Shown: piece after piece, positions 8,067 through 18,269 of the stretch
Layout: each line of letters begins with the position of its first letter
Position numbering within the stretch: the stretch's first letter is position 1
Source of the DNA: Candidatus Cloacimonadales bacterium
GTDB taxonomy: Bacteria; Cloacimonadota; Cloacimonadia; Cloacimonadales; JAIOQZ01
Reading direction: 5' to 3'
NCBI GenBank assembly: GCA_963674825.1
Contig: OY771587.1
Location: forward strand, 512,001-576,000
DNA length: 64,000 nucleotides
Notes under the pieces: generated by a model
Databases searched by the model: none
Told to the model about the DNA's origin: nothing
Seen by the model: the letters and a program-made list of their open reading frames with translations, nothing else
Program-made: the position numbers and the translations under genes

Positions 8067-11000
8067 TTATTTCAGGAGCAACATCTTACGGCTGTAAGAC
8101 TTGCTCGAAGTTGAAAGGCGATAGAAATAGATACCGGACGATACGGGCTTGCCGTTTTCGCTGGTACCGTGCCAGGTAAGGCTATGCTCGCCGGCGGACA
8201 TTCTTTCATTCACCATCGTCTTGACCAGCTGACCCTTGATGTTGTAGATCTTGAGGGTGACAGGCTGCTTGCTGTCGCTGGCGGAGAGGCTGAACGAGAA
8301 GGTTGTTTCCGGGTTGAACGGATTCGGATAATTGCCAACGAGGGCAGTAACCGCTTCCGGAACGTCGGTTTCTTCATTCGCTACAATCGTCTGCGTGCAG
8401 GCTGTGCGGCCGATATCGCCATAAAGGAACGGCCATGCGCTCAGGTTGCCGCAGCTATTCTTGAGATCCCACAGAGCGATACCGGTATTGGTGCCGGCCA
8501 CGAGTTCTGCGGATCGTTATGATCGACATTGCAGAGGCTGACAGAGCTCTGAGTCGGTACACCATATCCGATCGGGAAGTATGCCAGGTTTTCACCAGCG
8601 GCATTGAGTCCCTGAATGGTACCTTCAGAATTGATCACGATAAGATCATTCATTCCATCACCATCGACATCACCGGCAACCGGTGTTCCGTCGATGCCGG
8701 AACCGAGGTCGATCGGCCAACCGGTAAGCGCGGTGCCATCGTCTTCCATGATATAGGTGTTACCGTTTTCGAGCGAGAATGCCAGTTCGTAGTCGTTGTC
8801 GCCGTCGAAATTCGCAGCGATAACAGACTTGGAGATCTTGGCACCCATGTCGAGGTCGGTGATCACAGAGCCGTCTTCGATGATATAGAGATGGTTATTG
8901 TTGCTGCTGATCGCAATACGACCGTCACCGTAGATAACCGGTGTATTGATAATCTGACCACCGAGGGTCACAGATGCGTAAGTTCCATCATTTTCGACAA
9001 TGTAGAGGTTTCCATCGAAACAGCCAACCACAACTTCGTTCGTTCCGTCGCCATCGACGTCGCCAAGCGCTGCGCCACCAAGGATACGTTCCGGCATTTC
9101 AAGCGGGAAGTTTTCCTGAGAAACACCATTAGCGTCCATGACATACAGATAGTGGTTCATGTTACCAACGATCAATTCTTCACGGCTGTCGCCGGTGAAA
9201 TCGCCGATTGTCGGTGTGTTCATAAATAACTGGTAGTCTTCGCCCTGGAACAAGATCGAACCGTCGTTATCGATGATGGTGATCTTGTGGTCGTACGATG
9301 CAGCAGCGATTTCGAGCTGCGGATCGTTGTCCATGTTACCAATCGCGAGGCTGGTTCGGATGTTTGCGCCGGTTTCAACCGGGAATCCCGAGATGTCGCC
9401 GCCATTCACGTTCAGAGCATAAATGTAACCGGACGCGTCAGCCGAGATGATCTCTTCGTTACCGTCGTTATTGAGATCGACAACGACCGGAGCGGAGTAT
9501 ACGGAAGTCTCGGTTGTGTACGGGAAGTTCGGGTAGTAAAGCAGCACGTTGGCTGTCAGGGTATATTGCTTCACGAAGTAGGTGTCGGTTCCTTCATTGG
9601 CAACCAGCTCGACAGTGAATTCATTCTCACCGACCGGGCAATCTTCAGAAAGCTGAATGATGAAAGGATCTTCGTAGTTATCGGAGGTCGATCCCGGTCC
9701 GAGAGTACCGAATTCGCGATATCCGTCTATGACTTCGATGTACGGATTGTCTGAAACAAGCGTAGCGCTCGAGTACTGAGCTGCGCCGGTACCAGGATTG
9801 TTGATAAGCATTACGACAACCTGAGCCTGTTCGCCCGGGTTGAGGATGCCGTCGCCGTCACCCTCGTATTCGGTAACCTGCTGATAGAAGATATCGAGGT
9901 CGGGCATGTTGCCTTCACCGTTGTAGATCGCAACTTCAGGATCACCGAAGAGCACCATTTCAAAGTAGACCCAACGATAGGTTCCACCGGTGGTTGCGTA
10001 AGCGGCAAGCTCTTCCTTGGAATAGCTAAGCGCTTTACCCATCTCGCGGATGTTTTCGAAGAAAAGACCGCGGAAGTATTTCTTGTCGAATTGCTGAGAA
10101 GCACCATTGGTGCTGCCGTTTGCATACCAGCCGTAGCGGGTGTTACCGACGAATGCGAACCAGCCGTGGTCGTCGAACAGCATGTGCTCGCCGATACATT
10201 CCACGTCACCGCTTGTAGCCTGATCGAAAGCCAGCGCATAGCAGCCCTGGGAGTAAACGAACGGGTATTCAGTGTTACTGAGGTTCTGAATCATACCGGG
10301 GGTCATACCCATTGCGTAGTTGTAGTCGCAGTGTCCCATGTGATTCATAAGACCAGCCTGATCATCATTGATATGAGCAGTCAGGTCGTCTGTGTTGAAG
10401 GTTCCGTCTCTTTCGTAGAGAGTCGTGACATTGTAGTAGCTCGGGAGCATCTGTGTGTTGTCGCCGATCTCATCTTTGTAGTCGCCACCCCAGGTAGGAA
10501 CATCGTCAAGCTGCTCGCCGACGAGCGTACACTTGTCGATCGAAGCTGCCGGGAAGTCAACATACTGGATGGTCTTGTAGATCATGTTTTCGAAATCTTG
10601 CATGGTGTCGCCGGGATAACGGCCCACGTGAACTTCCGCGAAGAGGTCGACGTTGTCGTTGGTCTCGCCGAAGATCTGGTCGCCATCGGCGTTCCAGCTA
10701 CCGTCAAGTGCTCCGTAGTACAGATCGCAGGGGATACTGTTATCGGTTTCGTTGACATGGCCCCATACGCCACGGATCGGGATGATTTCATCATCACCGG
10801 CCAGTAGTACGTATTCGAGCGGGGTATTGGTGGAAGCATAGGTTTCGTACGCGTCTGTGATGAACGCACGAAGCTTGCCGGAGGTTGTTCCAGTGTATTC
10901 GGAGTAGATATCGGTGATGCTGAACACGCCGGCGGTTACGCCATGCTCGCCCTTCCAGTCTGCGTATTCCTGGAAAAGGTCAACGTAGTCAGCGCCACAA

Positions 11001-11677
11001 ACGATGATGTACTGATACGGATCGTTAATATCAACGAGGTCGCGGTTGAGCTGCGGGGTGTTCTGATTCGGGTAGCTCTGGACCTGCTGCGGGTTACGGG
11101 CAAGGATATTTACCCGCTCCATGATGCTTTCGGATTTACAGATCATGCGGCTCTGTTCTTCGCGAACAGACGCATCCGCTTCGGTTTCGATGTGGATATC
11201 GACTGAACGATAGTAACCAAGACGTCCTGAAACGGGCATATATTTGTAGGGATAGACGTTGACGATTGCCATGTCCATACCGGCGAGGCGCTGAACGGAT
11301 GCAAGCTGGAAGTCGTATGCAGGATACGCTTCATCCGAGCTGTAGATCGCTTCGTTGCGTGATGTTTCAGTGATGTTCATGCCGGTGTGTACGGGCGTGA
11401 AATTGAATGGAATATCCCAGTCGCCTTCGAGTTCCGTGTAATCGGAAAGCTCGACAACGATGTCGCTGATGGATGTTCCGTAGGGGAGCATCAGGTTGTA
11501 GCTCTCGAACGGAAGCATCGGGGCTCCGACTTCGGGAATTACGAAGTTGGCATCAGTCGCGGGGTTGCCGCTTCTGGTGATAGGTGGAGTATTGACGGTC
11601 GTGCTGTAGTCAACCGATTCGGCTGCCAGCGATACGAGGGTCAACACCAATACGATTGTAAGTAGCAGGTTTCGCAT
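8067..11677 (-). pseudogene. C25 family peptidase with FG-GAP repeats and FlgD-Ig/T9SS-like C-terminal domain, interrupted by a 1-nt frameshift near 8512 (pseudogene or assembly error)
   Basis: ORF 8441..11677 carries the C25 domain ('EYVLLAGDD', 'EVHVGRYP', 'NHMGHC', 'YSQGC', 'LFGDPE') and FG-GAP repeats ('DLNNDGNEEII', 'DVDGDGTNEVVVG'). Overlapping ORF 8067..8501 carries the sorting domain. Adding one base after ...AAC GAT restores 'NVDHNDxAELVAGTNTG'. Confidence 0.8.
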
Positions 11678-11750
11678 GTGTTTGATCTCCTTAGTATTCT
11701 TTCTGTTCGTCTGCTTTATTTAAATATTTGCGTATGCGTTCATTTCATTA

Positions 11751-12551
11751 TTACGTTCGATAAAACTCTGGATGCCGGTCTTCCAGAAGATGATTTCTTC
11801 CTGTTAACATCTTGTCGAAAGCCTTGTCCGGATCAATCGCGCGGACCACAAGTTCGTCGGATTGCTCCGATGCGCGGTAAACCAATTCGCCGCGGTTGGT
11901 GACGATCTGGCTTTGTCCGGTGAAATTTAACAAATTTCCGTTGCATGTCTCCTCGCCGTACCGGTTAGCGGTGACTGCAAACACCCCGTTTTCCAATGTC
12001 CTTGTCAGCATGGCTCGCTGGCACCACGGCAGCACCAGGTTGACTGAATGACAGATGACCTGCGCGCCGGCCAGTGCGAGCGAACGCGTTGCCTCTGGGA
12101 AAATCCAGTCGAAGCATATCATCAAGCCGACCTTCACGCCGCCTTTCGCTTCATAAACCGGAAATCCCAGGTCTCCGGAATCGAACACCAGTTTCTCAGC
12201 ATCGAACAGGTGAACTTTCCGATAAAGTTGTACGGAGCCGTCCGGATTGACCAGCATGGACGAATTATAGATGCGATCATCATCACGCTCGGCAAATCCC
12301 ATGACATAGCTGGTGTTACGCTGTTTCGAAAGCTTTTTGAGAAGTGTGGAGGAGGGTCCGTTGTTGGCGGGTTCGGCAAGATTCGACAGCTCGTCGCGGT
12401 TCTTGAACATATAGCCTGTAACCGCGAGTTCAGGCAGTACGATCACGTCTGCATCCGGCGCTTCTGAAAGGCGCTTCTCTATATACGACAAATTCGCTTC
12501 CGGCTTAAGATGCTCCGGTTTGAACTGCAGGAATCCTACCCGGTAATCCAA
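11751..12551 (-). CDS. Carbon-nitrogen hydrolase (nitrilase superfamily)
   Basis: Glu-Lys-Cys triad motifs 'VLPEL', 'YRKVHLF', 'ICFDWIFPE'. Confidence 0.9.
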   Translation of the reverse strand: MDYRVGFLQFKPEHLKPEANLSYIEKRLSEAPDADVIVLPELAVTGYMFKNRDELSNLAEPANNGPSSTLLKKLSKQRNTSYVMGFAERDDDRIYNSSMLVNPDGSVQLYRKVHLFDAEKLVFDSGDLGFPVYEAKGGVKVGLMICFDWIFPEATRSLALAGAQVICHSVNLVLPWCQRAMLTRTLENGVFAVTANRYGEETCNGNLLNFTGQSQIVTNRGELVYRASEQSDELVVRAIDPDKAFDKMLTGRNHLLEDRHPEFYRT

Positions 12552-12789
12552 GATTTCCTCCCAATCTCCCTTATGCTTTCCCCGAAACCGGGTAACTCCG
12601 TCTCATTCCCGTACATAGATAGTATAATGCAAAACGTGTTCCGTTGCACATTGCAATGCGTTAATTCTTTCCTCGTAACCATGCTGTCCGTGTTATGATA
12701 CATTTTATGAAGAATGTTGGAGGTCGCCCATCGTGTCAATGATTTTTCTCATGAAGGTGATCCAGATGCCACGAATTAGAATGATTGGC

Positions 12790-13395
12790 TTATTCCTCAT
12801 ACTCGATCGCACCCGATTGCTGAAGCTCGTCAAGCAGCGCGACCAGCGGCCCGGCATCCTTTTCCTCGACATCAACAGTCAGCGTCACTTTGTCCGTGTA
12901 TTCGGCGTCGGTTATTTCTCCGCTCAGGCTGGTCACTTTGTATTTCAGCGATTCGGAGAAACCGTAATCGACGGTTACCAGAAAGCTCTTTACATGCACA
13001 ATCTTCTTCAGTGGCTCAACCTGCACGCAATCTTCCACAGCCTGCCCATAGGCCTCGATCAATCCTCTGATCCCCAGCTTGATCCCTCCGAAATAGCGCG
13101 TCACCACAACCGCTACGTTGGTCAGATCGTGACGTTTCAAGGCGTTAAGCATGGGCTTTCCCGCTGTTCCCGAGGGTTCTCCAGCGTCGGATGCGTGAAA
13201 GGTCTGTCCAGCATCGCCAACAACATATGCCCAGCAATTATGGTTCGCCTGCTTATGCTGCGCGGCGATTTCGGAGATGAACAGCTTGGCGTCCTCCATG
13301 GTCGTGACATGCCGCATGGCGCAAATGAAGCGCGAACGCTGGATTTTAATCTCGTTCTTGCGATCGGAATCAACGGTGTAGAAGTATTCGGGCAT
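12790..13395 (-). CDS. yigZ: YigZ/IMPACT family protein
   Basis: 'IQRSRFI', 'ANHNCWAY', 'DAGEPSGTAGKPML', 'VVTRYFGGIKLGIRGLIEAY'. Confidence 0.9.
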   Translation of the reverse strand: MPEYFYTVDSDRKNEIKIQRSRFICAMRHVTTMEDAKLFISEIAAQHKQANHNCWAYVVGDAGQTFHASDAGEPSGTAGKPMLNALKRHDLTNVAVVVTRYFGGIKLGIRGLIEAYGQAVEDCVQVEPLKKIVHVKSFLVTVDYGFSESLKYKVTSLSGEITDAEYTDKVTLTVDVEEKDAGPLVALLDELQQSGAIEYEE

Positions 13396-13397
13396 AA

Positions 13398-13910
13398 TCA
13401 GATGAGAGGTCGGACGAATTCTTCGGTCTGGCGTCGTTCAGGCAATTGTTTGGTCTCGTTCGGGAAACCTATCGGCGTCACGGTGGCAACATAGTGGTTC
13501 TGGGGGATACCGAGTAGTTCTTTGACAGAATCCCTGTTCATATCCGCGATCCAGCAGGTACCAAGTCCATTTTGCCAGGCTGCCAGAAGCAAATAGGTCG
13601 CTGCGATACAACCATCTTCCACAGCGCGGCTGGTTTTTTCAGATTCTACGCATACGGCAACAGCGAGTGGTGCTTTGCCGATGGGAGCTGATGCACCGGG
13701 TCTGGTCTCCGCAAGCTTTTCGATGGTTTCGCGATCCCGGATCACGATATAATAATAGGCTTGGGTATTACGCGCTGTCGGCGAAAAGCGACAGGCTTCA
13801 AAGACCCTCCCGAGAAGTTCATCGGAGGGGATTTCACCGGTATAATTGCGAATACTGCGGCGTTCCTTAAGAAGCTCTTCCCCGTTCATAGCGGTTACCT
13901 GTACTGACAT
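13398..13910 (-). CDS. Nitroreductase family protein
   Basis: 'RRSIRNY', 'SPTARNTQ', 'LLLAAWQNGLGTCWI'; start placed at the ATG at 13910, which follows a GGAGGA RBS. Confidence 0.88.
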   Translation of the reverse strand: MSVQVTAMNGEELLKERRSIRNYTGEIPSDELLGRVFEACRFSPTARNTQAYYYIVIRDRETIEKLAETRPGASAPIGKAPLAVAVCVESEKTSRAVEDGCIAATYLLLAAWQNGLGTCWIADMNRDSVKELLGIPQNHYVATVTPIGFPNETKQLPERRQTEEFVRPLI

Positions 13911-14058
13911 AGTTCCTCCATTTCGGCCATGATTCCTCATTCCGATATTCTGTCAAGAGCAGGATGTTGATAAGCGCTCACAGTTTCATGTCTCTTTTTC
14001 TTGACATTTTTTTACGCATTCAGGGCTGTTAAGTTGGAAAGAAATGTAAGGATGCGTA

Positions 14059-14769
14059 ATGAATAAGAACACTGCTATCATCGTTGCCGGTGGATCGGGA
14101 AAACGGCTCCCCGGCAGCCAGAAGAAACAGTTCTTGCAAATCGGTGGTGTCCCCATCCTGATTCTGGCGATCAGCCCATTCATCGCCGATTCGTCCGTAA
14201 AAAGCCTGGTAATCGTACTTCCGGAGGATGAGATCGAAGTCGGCAAAAGCCTGATCAAGAACTCCTGCGCGGCATGTATGAAGAAGGAAATTACCCTCGT
14301 TGTCGGAGGTAACAGCCGGCAGGAATCGGTATTCAACGGACTTCGGGCCTGCCCGGAAGATACGGAATATGTGCTCATCCATGATGGCGTCAGGCCGTTC
14401 ATTGAGTACATGCTAATTCCGAATCTGCTCCAAGCTGCCGAACAGCACGGCGCTGCCATTCCGGTAACGCCTGTGCGCTACACTCTTAAAGAAGCACATG
14501 ACGGCATGATCAAAAGCACCGTCCCGCGCCAGAATCTTTTCGCAGCGCATACACCGCAGGTCTTCGCGTTCCAAACGATCCTCGATTGTCACCAGAAGCT
14601 GCATGAATCGCACGAGGAATTCACCGATGACGCAGCGATCTTCGAGCATTTTGGAAAACCGGTGGCGATCGTTCCATGCGATGAAACGAACATCAAGATC
14701 ACCTGCCCTTCCGATCTCATCCTTGCTGAAAAAATCTATGAAATGAAATGTAATAAGGAGAATTCATGA
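14059..14769 (+). CDS. ispD: 2-C-methyl-D-erythritol 4-phosphate cytidylyltransferase
   Basis: 'IIVAGGSGKR', 'KQFL', 'GGNSRQESVFNGL', 'VLIHDGVRPF', 'HTPQVF', 'TDDA', 'NIKIT'. Confidence 0.95.
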   Translation: MNKNTAIIVAGGSGKRLPGSQKKQFLQIGGVPILILAISPFIADSSVKSLVIVLPEDEIEVGKSLIKNSCAACMKKEITLVVGGNSRQESVFNGLRACPEDTEYVLIHDGVRPFIEYMLIPNLLQAAEQHGAAIPVTPVRYTLKEAHDGMIKSTVPRQNLFAAHTPQVFAFQTILDCHQKLHESHEEFTDDAAIFEHFGKPVAIVPCDETNIKITCPSDLILAEKIYEMKCNKENS

Positions 14770-17498
14770 CTTTACGCCGATTGATCGACAAGATCGAAAA
14801 CATCGAATTCACGCTCCGCATTCCGGTATTCGGATTGGGCTGCGGCGTGCTGGGGTTGACCCTCGCAAAATCGCATATCAAAATGGGAAAATGGGCATCC
14901 AAACTGCTCAAATCCCTTGAATATCGCGGCTACGATTCGACAGGCGCAGCCTTCCAGGACGATAAGAAGAACGTCGTACTGCTCAAGGACGTCGGCGCAC
15001 CGAGCGTGCTCGTGGAAACACTTGGCATTGAAAAGCAGGAAGGTAAAATCTTCTGCGGTCAGGTTCGCTGGGCAACGTTTGGCGCGGTGGATCGCGTTAA
15101 TGCACAGCCACACAACGTAAGCTGCAAACGCCACATCTTCGGCGCGCACAACGGCAATATCACAAACACGCGCGAGCTCAAGCAGTTTTTGCAGCGTGAA
15201 GGCCACGCAGTGTTGTCTGATAATGATGGTGAAATGCTGGTTCACACCGTCGAGCACTATTTCGATATCGAGCTCGATAAGCTCTCGGCTGCCGATCAGA
15301 AAAGAAACGATGCCCGTAAAGCCGCTATGCGCCGTGCGATCCTGGAAGCAACCAGCCAGACAATCGGCTCGTTCGCAGCGGTTATATCCGATCCCGTAAC
15401 GGAAACCCAATGGGCAATCAAAGCCGGCAGCAGCCTCTATTTCGGCGTCGGCACCATCGAAGATACCCCCTTTGCGTTAGCATCATCCGACCTCACCGCC
15501 GTTCTCCGTTTCACCAAAGACCTGGTTAAGCTCCAGCAAGGCGAGTTCGTCGAATACACTGCCAGCGAATTTCAGGTTTACGCCTATAACGACATCCGCA
15601 TCCGCAAGCTGAATCAGCCGGATGAAGTTTACAAGCGCGGTGACCGTATCGTTCGTAAAGCGGTTCGATCCAAACTCCGCGCGGAAGACACCGAGCTTCA
15701 GCCACAATTCAAGTACTTCATGGAACAGGAAATCTTCGCCGAAATCGAATCGACCGGGAAGCTGGTCAAGATGTTCCTGGGCGGCTCCAATACCGGGCGC
15801 CACATGCGCAATTTCCTCAACGAAGTACAGCAGCTCAAAGAGATTGAAAAGCTCTGCGAGAAGATCATGAAGCAGGGATCTTACGAGAAGCAGGTGAAGG
15901 TGTTTGACGAGTACATCGAATCCGATCGCTCCGAACTCTTTATCGAGAATATCAAGCAGCACTACCGCAGGCTTTACGACGAGGTGTTCAAGGAAGACTT
16001 CGACAAAAAATACTTCTTCTCCAACGACAAGAACGCCTTCATCGATATCGCCGGTGAGCCATTCGACAAGAAGCGAATGCTCATCGCCAAAGCACTGGAT
16101 TCCGTCTCTGAAAAGCAGGATATCCAGGAATTCGATACCATCGTCTCAGGATTCATCGAGCTGATTCGCAATACCCTGCGCAACAGCCGCAACATCTACA
16201 CCGTAGCCTGCGGAACATCCTTCCACGCAACCAAGCTTGCAGCAGTCTTCTTCAACGAAATCGCCGGTGTCGAGATCATCCCGATCCTTCCGGGTGACTA
16301 CCGCGGTCAGTATTCCAAGTGTATGAAGGAAAACGACGCCATCATCGGCGTATCGCAGAGCGGCGAGACCAAAGACCTCATCGATATCTTCAACGACATC
16401 GATTCGCTCGATATCGGCATCAAGAAGATCGTGCTGGTCAACAACATGAATTCTACGCTCGGTCAGGAAAAGAGCGATATTTCCATCCCGATTTTCTGCG
16501 GACCTGAGATAGCAGTACCTGCTACCAAGAGCTTTATCAACCAGATGACGCTGTTCTACTACCTGGCGATCAAAGTCGGGGAAATGCGCTTCGAAGAGTG
16601 TAAGAACACGATGAGCCCCGAGCAGCTCGCGCAAATGGATTACGAAATCTCTCGTCGTTACAAGACCCTGCTCGTAATTCCGGAATTGATCAAGGAAACC
16701 ATATATTCCAGCGAAGAATCGATCGAATTCGTGGCTTCGAAGATCTACATGGAGCCCTCCATGCACATCCTTGCGACCAAGCTCAGCGGCGTCGCAAAAG
16801 AAGGAGCGCTCAAGATCCGCGAAACGGTGCTCAACCACTGCGAAGGCGGTGAAGCAAGCGAGTTCAAGCATGGGCCAAACACCATACTCGGCATCAACAC
16901 AGTCTTCGGTATGAAGAATATCAAAGCGATGGTGAAATACTTCCAGAAGAAGATCAACGAGATGGAGCGCGAAGGCGTTAGAATGGGTCTGAAGAATGAA
17001 GAAATTCGCGAGATGATCAAGGCATTCAGCACTTATATGTTCACGCGCACCATGCCTTTCAGCCTCACAGGCGAGGGCCTCGCGCTCTTCAAGAAGATCG
17101 CCGCCGACTACGACATCTTCACGCCGCTCTACCGCAACTATCCACTGATCTACGTAACCGGTCCGGACGAACGCGATGTCAACCTGACTATCTCGCAGAT
17201 CAACACCCATAAAATCCGTGGCGCTGACACCTTCGTAATCGCGGAAGAGAACGATCGCCTCATGGAAAACGCCTCTTCCAGCCCGGATCAGAAGAAATAT
17301 TACGGCTTCGGATACATCATCCTGCCTCGTACCGGAGACAGCCTGCTGACCGCCTTCTCCGCGTCGATCGTGCTGCAATTACTTGCACTGAGGATGAGCG
17401 TCCGCAAGATGGCCTACCTCGACAGGGTCGAATTTGTGGATCACGGAGTACATCCGGACGTACCGAAGAACGTGTCGAAATCGATTACGGTGGATTAG
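14766..17498 (+). CDS. glmS: Glutamine--fructose-6-phosphate aminotransferase-like protein, atypical (N-terminal extension, two large insertions)
   Basis: 'CGVLG', 'LEYRGYDSTG', 'RWATFG', 'HNGNITN', 'ACGTS', 'SQSGET', 'EGALKIRE', 'EFKHGP' and the C-tail 'PKNVSKSITVD'; overlaps the ispD stop codon (ATGA). Confidence 0.82.
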   Translation: MTLRRLIDKIENIEFTLRIPVFGLGCGVLGLTLAKSHIKMGKWASKLLKSLEYRGYDSTGAAFQDDKKNVVLLKDVGAPSVLVETLGIEKQEGKIFCGQVRWATFGAVDRVNAQPHNVSCKRHIFGAHNGNITNTRELKQFLQREGHAVLSDNDGEMLVHTVEHYFDIELDKLSAADQKRNDARKAAMRRAILEATSQTIGSFAAVISDPVTETQWAIKAGSSLYFGVGTIEDTPFALASSDLTAVLRFTKDLVKLQQGEFVEYTASEFQVYAYNDIRIRKLNQPDEVYKRGDRIVRKAVRSKLRAEDTELQPQFKYFMEQEIFAEIESTGKLVKMFLGGSNTGRHMRNFLNEVQQLKEIEKLCEKIMKQGSYEKQVKVFDEYIESDRSELFIENIKQHYRRLYDEVFKEDFDKKYFFSNDKNAFIDIAGEPFDKKRMLIAKALDSVSEKQDIQEFDTIVSGFIELIRNTLRNSRNIYTVACGTSFHATKLAAVFFNEIAGVEIIPILPGDYRGQYSKCMKENDAIIGVSQSGETKDLIDIFNDIDSLDIGIKKIVLVNNMNSTLGQEKSDISIPIFCGPEIAVPATKSFINQMTLFYYLAIKVGEMRFEECKNTMSPEQLAQMDYEISRRYKTLLVIPELIKETIYSSEESIEFVASKIYMEPSMHILATKLSGVAKEGALKIRETVLNHCEGGEASEFKHGPNTILGINTVFGMKNIKAMVKYFQKKINEMEREGVRMGLKNEEIREMIKAFSTYMFTRTMPFSLTGEGLALFKKIAADYDIFTPLYRNYPLIYVTGPDERDVNLTISQINTHKIRGADTFVIAEENDRLMENASSSPDQKKYYGFGYIILPRTGDSLLTAFSASIVLQLLALRMSVRKMAYLDRVEFVDHGVHPDVPKNVSKSITVD

Positions 17499-17503
17499 GA
17501 GAA

Positions 17504-17538
17504 GGAGACGGGAGTCAGGAGTCAGGAGTCAGGAGACA
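17504..17538 (+). repeat. Heptamer tandem repeat (GGAGTCA-like, 5 units)
   Basis: ggagacg ggagtca ggagtca ggagtca ggagaca. Confidence 0.8.
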
Positions 17539-17544
17539 AGAGAA

Positions 17545-17570
17545 ATGCGGACGGGGACGTCCGCGCTCCA
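17545..17570 (-). repeat. REP-like palindrome, GCGGAC family, copy 3 (inverted)
   Basis: Minus strand reads TGGAGCGCGGACGTCCCCGTCCGCAT. Confidence 0.8.
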
Positions 17571-17650
17571 TAGAAGAGAGCCTGCTTCGAGATTGCTCTG
17601 CCCTATATTGATAAAATTGGATTTCATTAACCATAAAGAAGGAGTACAAC

Positions 17651-18214
17651 ATGTTTTGCCGAAAATGCGGAAAAGCAATTCCTGACGACAGTGTATTTTG
17701 CCCTCACTGCGGTGAAAAAAGCGAATCGGACGTTCGACCCGGATTCATGGGGTTAGCCATCGTGGATGATGAGCCGCAACCAGTACGATACGCTGGATTC
17801 TGGCTTCGTTTCTGGGCGTATCTGATCGATGGAATCCTGCTCTCGCTGGTTCTCACACCGACACAATATTTCATGGGCGTACCGATGTTCAACTTCGACA
17901 CCCCACCCGTCATGGATTTTCACTACCTCAAGCTTGTTTGGGGGTCGTCATTCCTTACCTGGGTGATTAGTATGCTCTACTTTGCACTGATGGAAAGCTC
18001 AAGCAAACAGGCGACCATCGGCAAGATCATATGCGGAATCTATGTCACGGATGAAAAGGGCGAGCCAATCGGCTTCGGCAAAGCGCTTCTTCGCAATATC
18101 TCAAAGCTCATCTCCGGCGCGATCATCCTTATCGGCTACATGATGGCTGGTTTCACCAAAAAGAAACAGGCTCTGCATGATATGCTCGCTGAATGCCTGG
18201 TGGTAAGAAAGTAA
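17651..18214 (+). CDS. RDD family membrane protein with N-terminal zinc ribbon
   Basis: 'MFCRKCG...FCPHCG', 'YAGFWLRFWAYLID', 'QATIGK', 'KKQALHDMLA'; RBS AAGGAG. Confidence 0.9.
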   Translation: MFCRKCGKAIPDDSVFCPHCGEKSESDVRPGFMGLAIVDDEPQPVRYAGFWLRFWAYLIDGILLSLVLTPTQYFMGVPMFNFDTPPVMDFHYLKLVWGSSFLTWVISMLYFALMESSSKQATIGKIICGIYVTDEKGEPIGFGKALLRNISKLISGAIILIGYMMAGFTKKKQALHDMLAECLVVRK

Positions 18215-18230
18215 AATAGTTACGTGTTTG

Positions 18231-18257
18231 GGGATTGCGGACATCTTCGTCCGCATC
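18231..18257 (+). repeat. REP-like palindrome, GCGGAC family, copy 4
   Basis: GGGATTGCGGACATCTTCGTCCGCATC between convergent genes. Confidence 0.7.
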
Positions 18258-18269
18258 CCTCCTTGGTTT

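Noticed and set aside
8067..8501. Stand-alone 144-aa sorting-domain gene
   Set aside because: No SD or signal peptide; better explained as the frameshifted tail of the upstream C25 gene.
12536..12739. 67-aa minus-strand ORF upstream of the nitrilase-family gene
   Set aside because: No SD or motif, and it spans a likely promoter region.
14700..14766. glmS ribozyme
   Set aside because: glmS overlaps the ispD stop codon, leaving no leader for the RNA element.
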